Source of the DNA: Phoronis australis
Lineage: Eukaryota > Animalia > Phoronida
Reading direction: 5' to 3'
Length of the DNA: 64,000 bases
Assembly: GCA_002633005.1 (NCBI GenBank)
Contig: NMRA01000379.1
Location: 124,001-188,000, forward strand
The notes under the pieces are model-generated. The model did no database searches and was not told the DNA's origin. It saw only the letters and a list, made by a program, of their open reading frames with translations. The translations under genes were made by a program, and so were the position numbers. This document shows, piece after piece, positions 1-12,100 of this stretch (the stretch's first letter is position 1; each line of letters begins with the position of its first letter).

Positions 1-10
1 TTGCGGTTAC

Positions 11-182
11 CTTCAGCCTCGACAAACTTGATACACTTTTCTACAAAGACTGGTACTAGCTGGCCCTCATTTTGCACAAAGTTCTGTAGTGTGTTAGTGG
101 TCTGGCGTGGCATCAGCTTGGCCTCTTTCTTCTTCCTCAATGACTTACGCTGTATCTTCTGCTTCTCCTTTAGACGGCGCTC
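11..182 (-). CDS. ARHGAP35: p190 exon 24, polybasic region and start of the RhoGAP domain
   Basis: ATTCAG| [22 protein letters not shown]...[27 protein letters not shown]|GTAACC. Confidence 0.9.
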
Positions 183-3100
183 CTGAATATTGCAGAGTAT
201 TGGAAACTACTGTAAACATTCTCCAGTTTCGAAGAGACTCAAAGATTTGAGGGAAGGAAATTCGAGCCGGAATTGATTTTTTGTCAATACTGAAGATTGG
301 GACATGGGTGATTTTGTTTTGGTGTACACCACACTTCTCAAATGTCCCACATTGCATACTGTATGAACAGTCTAAAATTTATAGTTAAAACAGGTGACAT
401 TTCTAACTGGTGACACGTTACAAAGTACAACTGCAAAATATGTGTAGCCACTATCAGGTTAGTTGCATAATATGGGTAAATTGACCTATTTCTAACGTGG
501 GTAAATTGACCTATTTCTAACATAGCTAAGTTGGCCTCTTTCTGATGTGGGTAAGAAAACCTATTTCTAAACTTGAGTACAAGCTCCAACCATCTCAAAC
601 TAGAGAATGTTTAATGTAAAAATCATATTTTCCAAGTAGCTGCGTTGCCACTTAATATTAAGAGTTAAAGGAGAACACCACCCAAAAAAAGCAACCTAGT
701 TTGAATCAATTTAGATCGAGTAGTTCCACTGTATAACTGCACGTACAGCTCTTTTACCCGACACTTGACGGCAGACGGAGGTGTTGAAATTAACTAATGA
801 CGTCACAGGTTCAAATGTAGTGTGTTCAGCAGTTCACAACACGCTTACTGGTGTCAGCTTATCGCTTGAATTCATTGTTTTACACCAATAAATCATCAAA
901 ATTTGATGTAAACCCTTACAAATACATCGAGTTATTGAACAAACATGTTATTTTATTTCGCTGTTACAGATTTTTAGGTATTTGAACATACCGTAGCCTA
1001 CAAAGTTCGGTAGGCCAATTTATCAAGGTCGGTCGCAGTAGTTTGGGGTCTGTTGGGTGATAGATTCAAGTTATTCGTCCGTGAAATACAGACAGGAGAA
1101 CAAAGCTGTGTGCTGTAATTTTAGACTTGCTTTTTTCAGTTCTAAACACACAAAATGCTTGCTATCCCGGCCAGTGGCTCGTAATCTAATCCGGTCCATC
1201 GCGGCCGGACTGAAGACATCACTAACACAAACCAGCCAAAGTTGGAAACTAAACTTCCAGTCCTGAAAAGACTATACTACTGAGCCAAAGAAAAATCTGC
1301 ACGTGATATTTTTGGTGAATTAGCCGAGAAACTGTATATCTACTTACTAGCTCAACGATGGCCGTGAAGTCAGGTTAGCCTTCCACATCGGAACCGTAAG
1401 GACAAAAGTTGTACAGTAACAAAGATTCGAATAATGTATATGAATGTCTAAGTAGCAGTAGTAGTAATACACTTTATTCATGTTAAGACAAAAATACAAT
1501 TAATACAAACTTACACTTATGGAGACTCCGTGAAGGACCCGAAGGGTCCGCTGACCACGGAGACACCAGAGAATAAAAAATACAGTGTTACAGATAATCA
1601 AAATTACAAAATAAGGTGATAATGTAACTTAAAACTACTTGTAAAAAGACTAGGAGAGATTATCGAAAATAGTTACACACAAAGCAGTTGGGAATAGTGC
1701 ACTCAAGTCCATAGCTTTCAAAACAAACGTTTTTAAAATAATTTATAACAGAGGATAATGAATGGGTAAAAAAAAATTGGGAAACATTTCAGGAAGGTTA
1801 TTAATGATATGGGGTAAAGCATTGCGAACTGAATCTTCAGCAAATGATTTAGTACAACGAGGAGTTTGTAGAAGATGTCGTTTCCTAATGGAATGTTCAT
1901 GAACAGACCCACGGTTACTAAATTGAACGTGTTAAAAAATGAAGGTAAGTAATTACGAGCATATTTGTAGAAAAATTTAATTAAAGCAACAACATAGAAG
2001 TCCTTTATTTTGAGTATCTGTGGAGTCTTAAATACAGGATCCGTACGGGCATTAAAATAAAGATTTCCCTAACATCTGACTATAGGATATAAAATCGAGT
2101 TATTGTTTCACAACTGACAGCTTTCTGTCAGCAAACACTGAATCAGCATGCGCTCACATGACCTCGGAGCCTGGTCAATTAGTTTATTGCATCTAAAGCC
2201 GGTAATGCAGTGATTTATTCATTGCTGGCTTCTCAAAACATTTGCACTCACGAACACTCCAAGGCATTACAAATTGTATCTAATGAGATAGACTTTGTTT
2301 CAGTTTTATATAAGCATTACTTACAGTGAGAATAATTCATTTTGAAACAAAACGCACAATAATAAATGTCAACGTGGCAACTTGCAATCCCGACTTAGAC
2401 GAGTGCTCATCCGACGAAGACTTCACAGGTCAGTTGTTAGGTTTCACAGGCTATCAGTTCGAACCGGAATACACTGATCAAGAAATAATAGAGGTTCTGT
2501 GAACGTGCACAGACAACGGAACATATGGATAGTTCAGAAAACCGTTTTAATGACTTGTCATGGTGTCAGTGAGCTAACTGCACAATAATGGAAATGACAG
2601 ACGGTTGCGTTTGGTGACACGAAATTGCGCAAGTGAAACGTCTTCTTGGAGAAGCACAGATGTGTCTCACTGACCATTCTGATTTTGCACCACATCTAAA
2701 CAGAGGTCTGCTTATGACGTTTTTTTAGTGCTGAGAAAGATAACTGGCGAAAACATCCTACACCCAGAGGGCCAAACAGAAGACTCACGAACCAGTCAGT
2801 CATCAAACAGAAGGCTCACGAACCAGTCAGTCATCAAACAGAAGGCTCACGAACCAGTCAGTCATCAAACAGAAGGCTCATGAACCAGTCAGTCATCAAA
2901 CAGAAGGCTCATGAACCAGTCAGTCATCAAACAGAAGGCTCATGAACCAGTCAGTCATCAAACAGAAGGCTCATGAACCAGTCAGTCATCAAACAGAAGG
3001 CTCATGAACCAGTCAGTCATCAAACAGGAGGCTCATGAACCAGTCAGTCATCAAACAGGTTATAAATGTAAAAGGTTATGTACTCGTACTCACGTGTTGA

Positions 3101-6100
3101 ATTAATTATAATTATTTATGATTTCATGGCCAACTACAATTCTCCATAATCAAAAATCTGATCAACAACCGATCTAACGAAACTGATGCAGGCCACTGAC
3201 AGACATGGAGAAGTTTCACGGCCTTATACTTGGTATTAACGGCATACTTTTCATTCTTCACTACTGCGAGCCACTTCCGAAGCATTATGGGCTCTCGAGG
3301 AAATCGAAAAAACAATATACCCGCTTTACTCGCAGCTTCATAGTTGGCACAAGTGGGAACAATACACCAAACCATAGCGGCACTCACTCTGCAGAAGAAC
3401 CACTGACGTAGCTGCGTCATTTCTCACCTTCCTCACAGGTTAATGCGACACCTCTAGGCAAGGTAAGATCGATCGTATATGAGGTGACGTGGATAAAGAT
3501 CGATTAAGATGGCAAAAAAGATTTAATTAAATCGGGTGGCATTCTCCTTTAAACCTTTTACTGCTATATGAAGAGTGACTTTAATCAGAAATTTCGTCTC
3601 ACAGTCCACACAACTACCAAAAAATAACCTTATCTCACTTTATCAAAGTACAAAATCTCAGAAGATATACCCATGATTATTAGTTCTTTAAACATTTTGT
3701 AAAATTTATTGCTAACATTTACATACAAAAACTTTTAGTAATACGAAGGAATAAAAACCAGTAGAAATCTGACTATTAGTGCAGAAACAAATAAGTCTAT
3801 GATCAAAGATATGATAGTAATTAAAAAGCGTCACCAGAAAAAAAAAACAGCAATACGGCACCACAAGACAAAAGTAATCAAACAGCAATACAGCACCACA
3901 AGACAAAAGCAGTCAAACGAAATACCATTTCCACTTCATGACAGATAATTCTGGTGAGAGCAATAACAATTAGATTGCCAGTAAAATTCTAATTACAGAA
4001 TGGATTAGCCACCAACTTTCATGTTCATTCTTCTTCATTCTCAGACATGACGGAAGACTAATGATTTTAAAGTGAAATGTTCGTAATGAACATGTTTGTA
4101 ACTGCGCTGCTAAAGAACATTTTGAGTCTAACTTCAAGTTTTGTTACCTGTCACTCGAGTTAATAATTGAAAGACGAGTTTGCTGAAATAAGCTCTTTGG
4201 CCTGACTGAACAACAATCACAAAAAAATAAAAAAATTCAAAGTGAGCCTCAAGTTACATCGAATTAAACACAGACTGGCAAATCTTGTGTGCGACAGATT
4301 CGATCACGCTGAAGTCAAATCTTACTGCCTTAAAAGCAAAAGAAAGCAACCATAAAACAGGTTTATATCCGTTATCCAAGTTTTTGGTGATGTTAGCAGA
4401 CGTGTAGGAGCTGAAAACTATGCATTTGATAAACGACAGTAGAGCCGTAGATGACATAACTGATATTACCTCCTCTTTCTGTCTCTTCTTCTCATCGTCA
4501 CGTAGCTTCTTCGCCAGTTTCCGTTGCTGCTTTTCAAACTCTTTCTCCTTTGCCTTCGTCCAACTTGACATCTTGTTGCCATCCTCCATCTCATCCTAAT
4601 ACACAACAAGTGACACTCTGATACAGCTCAGGGAGACTAGGGTGAGATCAAAACCAGAAATTTCTGGGGGGAGGTCGCTCTGCCGCTGCAGACATCTTTA
4701 GCACATTATTTGCACCGAGATAATATAAAAAGGCAAAATGATGATGAATTCGGCTGTGGTCCCCAGGCTGCCAAAACCAGCAAGCAACTCTGGTTTCAGC
4801 AACAGAAGATGTGAGAGGATGAAATGGTGCAATCTCACTAATTTAGAACACAATATGGTGGACAGTTTAAAATTTTATTTTCATTTTCTATGATACATAG
4901 TACCAAAACAAAGCTTAGTGGCAATTCTGTAGCATAGCTGCCAGCAGAAAATATCACAATGATAGAGGCATCTGAAAAAATTAAAAAATCGTAAGCAGCA
5001 AAATAAGACAAATAAGGTTCCATTCTCCTCATTCATTTTGATCACTGCATTCACTACATACCTTTGTTGCGTACTCTATATCTTCATACGGATGCTCATC
5101 TTCATATGAAATTTCTGGCAATAAATAATGAGGTAATGATAACAGGCTATTCTCGCAACCAAAAATCAATTGTTTTGAACAAGTTAAGTTTTTATTGAAG
5201 AACAATGAAACTTTCCATTTCAAATAAATAATTTATGATGTGTACAAAACTAAAGCCCCAATGTTCATAAATATGTGACTGAGTTTGTAGCACGAGAATA
5301 TTGCAAATATCACATTTATTAACAGTTGGCTACAAATAGTAATTGTGAGTTTATTTGTCATATTTATTCTATCAGCTACAAAAGAGTATATCATTACTTT
5401 TAAGGTCTTTTAGACCATGAAACAATATGTTATCAAAATATGTTATCAAAACTGAAGATATCAAGAACATTCCTTAAAAAAATGGAAGACCAACTCAACT
5501 ATGTATTTTCGGGCCACAGTGTCAATACACGGACGGAATTTTGGCATTCGGAAAGTGTAATTGTGAGCGTGGTAGCCTATTTGCCACTCCTCAGGGAGAT
5601 ACACTCCACAGTGAGATAATGCACACCCTCCACAGTGAGATAATGCACACACTCGACAGTGAGATAATGCACAATCAATTTCCAAGGACTGTGTCCAATT
5701 GTGTACAGGCTAGCGGCTTTATACTGCCTTGATCATGCTTCATTGCAAACAAGACATCAGCTCATTGTAAGCAATAAGCCACAAACCAAATTTACCTGAT
5801 GGTAACAACTGAGACGTCTCACTGTCAAACACGGGCCGATGGTTTTCCTTCTTTTTCGATCGGAATGACCTTCTCTTTTTCGTCTTTTTGCCGGACAGAC
5901 TGCACTCATCACCCGTACCTTCACTTCCTTCTGATGCAGAATGACCAATCACTGAAGAGAAAACAGGTGAAACTGATCAATCCATAAACAGGATAGAGAG
6001 AAATTGACCACTCTTTAACAGATTATAACGAGACTGAGAAATTATTATTAAAGAGGATGTGGTGAGAATGACCTATCAGGGGATTCAAGTTTAAGCTTCC

Positions 6101-9100
6101 TGTTGTCTTGAAAATATTAAATTAAGGTAAAAATGCAAGAATAAAGCACAACAGTTCACAAAAATACACAAAAGTTATTTGAATAAATTCAGTTATCACG
6201 AGAATTAGAAGAGCACAAGAGAAATCTGATAAAGCGAATCTGCCAAATAGCCAGTAGTGAAGCATGCATGCAATGTGTTGTGTCTAACTGACTACAGCTA
6301 CTGTAACTCCTACCGACAGCACAATAACCCCTGGTGTTGTCGACATCACAACCAGAGTCCAGGAAGGTAACAATCAGTAACTAGCACAAGTCAGACGTGC
6401 ATGAATCGGGCTTTTGCGGTACCATCGTTCTTATTGGTGCATTCAGCCACTCGGTTAAGTTGTATTTTTCCTCACTGATGTAACCTCTAGGATTCAACTC
6501 ATACAAGTATTATAGTAGTTGACTCTGAACACTGTTCGTAACATACCCTGTTTTCCAATAAATTTTACCTGAGGTTACAACTAGGGGCATAGTAGGCAAG
6601 TACGAAGTAAAAACAGACCACATAAATGATCAAAAGAGCTAGATAGGACAAAACTAGATATTAATAAAAGAACTAAGACTAAAATAACTAGATGACTAAA
6701 AGAATAAGATATGACTAAAAAGAAAATATGACTAAAAGAATTAGATAAGACTAAAAGAACAAGATAAGACTAAAAAAATTAGATATGACTAACAGAACTA
6801 TATATGACTAAAAGAACTATATATGACTAAAAGAACTATATCAGACTAGAAGAACTAAATACTGCCCTTAAAGCCCCACACACCACCATCTTTGAAAACC
6901 ATGCTTGTTTTGGTTCATGTTTTGGGGTGGAAGCCTCGTTTATTTTTTAATACAACTTAGCGTTCCTAAATACAGTGTCACATGATAAGACAGTGGAGCA
7001 GACAGAGTTCTGGACACATCTGTGATTTCTTAAGTTTGATGTTTGTGAATTGGGCTTGACGAAATTAGCACTACATGGGACTTTAACACAATGGCTACCC
7101 TGACAAACAAATGAACAAACAAACAAACAAATAGAAGCTACAACATGACTACAAAAAAAGTACAGTATTCGACTATTTAAGAGCAGATGCACTATTAAGT
7201 GCACACTGAGTCTTGGCCCATTCACATGCAGCCAACTGTTGTCATGACAACTCCGGTACAGTCATGCTTCAGGAAATATATACCAAGGTCTTCACTGTAC
7301 CTTGGAGGTGTTCATTTAGATATTTACATGCTTTTTAGAACTATTTCAGGAGTGTTCACATATTCTGAGTGATGTCTCTAAATGGTTATTTTGATTTCTT
7401 AAGCACACAATGTGCCTGAACGATCAAATACAATAACTTTGACAGAAGTATCGAAATAATTTTTATGTGCCACCATACCCCAGTAAAGAAACTCAGAAAG
7501 GCAGAATTCGCACTTGGATTTTGCCTCGGCTTAAGGATGCAGGCATTTTTAATACACATTGAGCTTCGTTTATTGTATGAAGAGAGTAACTTGCTATCAT
7601 GGTAAGTATGAGAGTTTAACACGAATTTCTCAACGAGAGATTTTTAAACCAAACAAAGCATAAATATATGGCCACAAATTTGGTTTTTCAGTTGAGTTAA
7701 GGTTATGTATGACTTATAGTGACAAGTCTGCCCGTGTTGACAAATATCAACAAAACTCTAAGTCTCCCTAAAAGTATATACATGTACGTCTTTTTAGTAA
7801 AATTTAGCAATACAAAGGAAAAACATAAAATAGTAAATCTAGTAAAACTAAAACTAGTAAAACAGTCTGTAGCACACCCTTGACAAAGAGCGCATCGCTC
7901 AAAATGTGGGGATATTTTAATATATTTTAGTACCGATGCTCGTCGTTTTAGTTTTACTAGTTTTACTATTTTATATTTTTATTCGTAGGTAAGTACATGG
8001 CATTCCAACATCTATTTGATTTCAAATGAAAAACACGTCAATAACATGATCAACACAACGTCAATAACATGATCAACACTACGTCAATAACATGATCAAA
8101 CTTAACTTGATATATCAAATGCCCAAAGTGAGATCTCAAAACATTGTTACAATACTTGACATATTAAATGCTCGAAGTGAGATCTCAAAACATTGTTACA
8201 ATACTTGATATATTAAATGCTCGAAGTGAGATCTCAAAACATTGTTACAATTTTCTGTAATACCTCATTATCATATTATGCAATAATTACAAAATATTTA
8301 AGACATTACATAATAGTGTTTTGGAACAGTGCACAAAAGACAATATTTCGTATGAATACAGTCAGCTTCTCCTGAGATACGATGTCCCAAAGTATACCAA
8401 ATATGAACATTTTTAAGGTCCTACATAACCTTAAAACAATTCGTTAAGAAAGTATAATTTTTAGAAACTAAAATTAATCCCAAATGAGCCTATCAATAGT
8501 GCTTAAGAAGGTAAAGTTACATTACGCACTGGATGCCTCAAGTGATATCCCAGACCTGTTATAAGATGAACAAATTATGTCACCACTCAAATCATAAGAT
8601 GAGCTAAAACAGACTAGTAACAGATGTAATGAAGACAGGGTAACTTCTTTTGGTATATAGGTTACCATTTTTAGGTATAGGTGAGTGCGAGTTAAATACG
8701 TTAGTGTTATTAGGACAGCCAAATAACCTTGAGTGAGAAGTAGCCAGGTTTGCCGAGTTAGTATCACGCGTGTTATTGGTAAATGAGGTTATAGGGGTGT
8801 CCGTCCGTTCATACCGTAGTAAGTACCGTGGATGGCTTGTTTAACCCACACAACTTCGGCACTGGAGGAGTCGGACACAACTGGAGATGAGAGAAGTCAC
8901 CATCACACGAATGGTCTTACACAGCGTTACACACGACAAACTTTTACATTGTCACAGATCATCGCCAACAGCTACCTTGTGCCCCCATTGGCCATCAAAG
9001 AAACTAACTTCGGATTAAGAATGCATAGCACCAAAACTGAATTCAACAAGTTGCTTACTCAGATGGAGGTGAATCCTGGGCCAGGTACCAACAGTTGATA

Positions 9101-12100
9101 ATTGGTCGAGACCAGACTTAACACATAAAATAACCACTTGTTGAGGTGTGTCTTGGCTCTTGAGACCAGACTTAGAGCATAAAATAACCACTTGTTGAGG
9201 CCTGTCTCGGCTCTTTCCAACTCTCGACATCATCTCAAATTTGCTTAAGGAAAAAGGTGAAACCTAATTCCATAATGGTATGTGGTCTAATTCAAAAATT
9301 ATTTTTGACAGAAGGCAGGTTTATAGCTGCTTCAAGTCACACATTTTAATAAAGTCACGTGTGAAAATTTACTTTCTAATAAACAGACCATGCCAAGACA
9401 GGACGGACAGAAAGAGGCAGCTAAATAAAGTCAAGAATTCATTTACTGATTATTACAAATGGTTTTTCAAAAGTAAAGCGTGTAGCACCAAATTGAATAA
9501 CTATCACCTGTAAAACTGACAATGATTCGTCAAAACTTTCTACCTAATACCAAAGGGATGCAGATGTTCGTGATTTTAACATGTAGACACTGGCAATGTT
9601 TATAACAACTAGAAAATCTGCCCCCAACATGTCTCCATTCCATTGCTTAATTCCTACTAATTGGCCATGTTATAATCTGTAGTATAAAGTCTGATAACTG
9701 CCGGAGTGATTGGCAATTTAAAGTCAGACTAACACGTTAATATAACAACAGAATAACACATTAATATAACAACAGTCATTGTTTGGTTTTCTTCAGCTCA
9801 TACACTTTACACTTTCACTTAGGGGGAATACAGCGGGCCCATTTTCTATTTTATTATTAATTCTGGATGCTATAAATCGTTCTTCCAGTGTCCAACTCAG
9901 CTCACAAATGGCCTAACCCTTCGAAAACTAGGTTTATTACTATGCGCAGTCTTCAAAAAGAAAGAGTGAGTTGAATTCAGAAATTGCAGTATCACAATTT
10001 CAGAAAACATGGTAATCTTCGTTCTTGACAAACAACACTTATGTTAGCTATAGGCAACTGGTAGCATGACTAGTCTAGTACATGACTAGTCTAGTACTTG
10101 ACTAGTCTAGTTCATGATTGACTAGTCTAGTACATGACAAGTCTATTACATGGCTAGTCTAGAACATGACTAGTCTAGTACTTGACTAGTCTAGTTCATG
10201 ATTGACTAGTCTAGTACATGACTAGTCTAGTACATGACAAGTCTAGTACATGACTAGTCTAGTACATGACTAGTCTAGTACATGACTAGTCTAGTACATG
10301 ACTAGTCTAGTACATGACTAGTCTAGTACATGACTAGTCTAGTACATGACAAATCTAGTACATGACTAGTCTAGTACATGGCTAGTCAAGTACATGACTA
10401 GTCTAGTACATGACTAGTCTAGTACATAACTAGTCTAGTATATCTGAACTAAACTAAAAATTGGTTTCTATCAGGTGGTGTCTCAACAAACCACACAGAC
10501 AGGTAACGGGAAGCAATTAAGCACGTTACTTCATCTAATCAAACAGCATGGAATAATAAGCCTATAAATGGTCGTCTAGAGCCGCAAATGTCTTCGGATA
10601 AAACAATAAAACACTGTTAGCCAAGGAAGTAGAGTACAAACTCCGGTTTAGAGATCCACGTCCCAAGGTCTGGATAAATAAACTTGTGTTTAGAGGACTG
10701 GGGAAATAATTTGTGTTTAGAGGTACATGTGCCAAGGTCTGGAGAAATAAACCGGTGTTTAGAGGCCTATGTGTCAAGGTCTGCAAACATAAACTTGTGT
10801 TAAAAGGTCTGGATAAATAAACTTGTGTTTAGAGATCTATGTGTGAAGGTCTGAAGAAATAATCCTGTGTCAAAGAACTCCAAAGATATTAAGGGAAACG
10901 TACAAAAAGCTGCCATTAAGAACCACAGCGGTAGTCGAATCCATCCATCTCCTGTCACGAAAATCCACGTCAGTCAAAGACAGATAATCATTCCCTCTAA
11001 ATTTGTTTCAAAGTTCGTGTTGACTTCCAAACTTTATTACCTCTGATTCACAACTGTTCTATACATATCGTGAAATTGGCACATTTGGCACCAGGCTTAA
11101 AATACAACAGGAAAAAATCGGGCAAGATCAGTGAAATTCGCACCACGTTCCATGTTCGTTCGTCGGTGGGAGGAGTTGAGTTAGAGGATGAACATATGCC
11201 AATTTTCAAAATCACCTTTGGTATGGCTGATAAGAGGGGCAGACGCCAAATCAGACCAGAAAACAGTAGAAATGGCCACCAGATGGCGCAAAACAGGTTG
11301 AACCCATACGAAAACGGGAACATGTCATCCTTTCTTCAATAGATACCTATTTACCAAATTTCACAAAAATCTGTCGAGGAATTTCAAAAAGAGAGGAAAA
11401 TGGAAAACATGAAATTGCCAATAGAGGGCACAGCATTCATCGGATCCATCTGAAAGTCATCACTGTTAACTTCATATACACTTGCTAAATTTACTAAAGA
11501 TCCTTCTGAGGGTTTAGAAGACACCCATGGGTGCAAAAACATCATTGCAAGGAGGAGGTGCCACAGTAGTCGAAGTCCTTGGAAAATATTCGTCAGCCGT
11601 CCCGTTCACAATGGGAACATATATGCCAATTTTCACAAATATCCTTAGAGTGCTTTGGTTGAGGGAGGGGCGGAAGCTAGGTGATACAAAATACCTCGAA
11701 TTCATATGAAAATGGGCGGATTGCATCCTTTTACCAATATATGCCTATCTGCCATATTTCATAAAAATCTGTTGAGGACCCTTAAAGATAGAGGTAAACG
11801 TAAAAAACTAAAATTGTCATAAGGGGCCACATGTCGTCCCATTCATATAAGGAACACGTGTAAAATTTCATGAACATATGTCAAAAATTTTTGGAGATTG
11901 AGCAGCGGATGCCGGACAGACAGGGATGACGGCATAATATGCCCTAATACACCAGTAGTCGGATCCGTCAGAAAGTTTGTTCATGTCGTCCCATCTATGG
12001 AAGGAACATAACAGCAAAATTTCATGAACATACATCAAAGGGTTTTGGAGATTGACCAGTGGATGCTGTACACCAGACCCTGGACGGGGATGATGGCACA

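Larger units (their letters stand above)
669..3548. mobile_element. Kolobok-type DNA transposon, internally deleted
   Basis: TTAA at 665-668 and 3549-3552; TIRs AGGAGAACACCACCC and GGGTGGCATTCTCCT (13/15 match); purine-purine termini; convergent THAP and KolX-like remnants inside. Confidence 0.85.

Noticed and set aside
2560-2620. Two TGA codons at Cys positions in KolX as selenocysteine
   Set aside because: The gene also has frameshifts, another stop and a Cys-to-Trp change, and no SECIS was identified. Decay is the simpler explanation.
2774-3058. Regular 26-55-bp arrays as CRISPR
   Set aside because: They are head-to-tail repeats with no unique spacers and no cas genes, in a eukaryotic intron context.
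9086-9245. Duplicated unit of about 55 bp as another exon or donor repeat
   Set aside because: The best acceptor gives a stop in the required phase 1 and the donor is weak.
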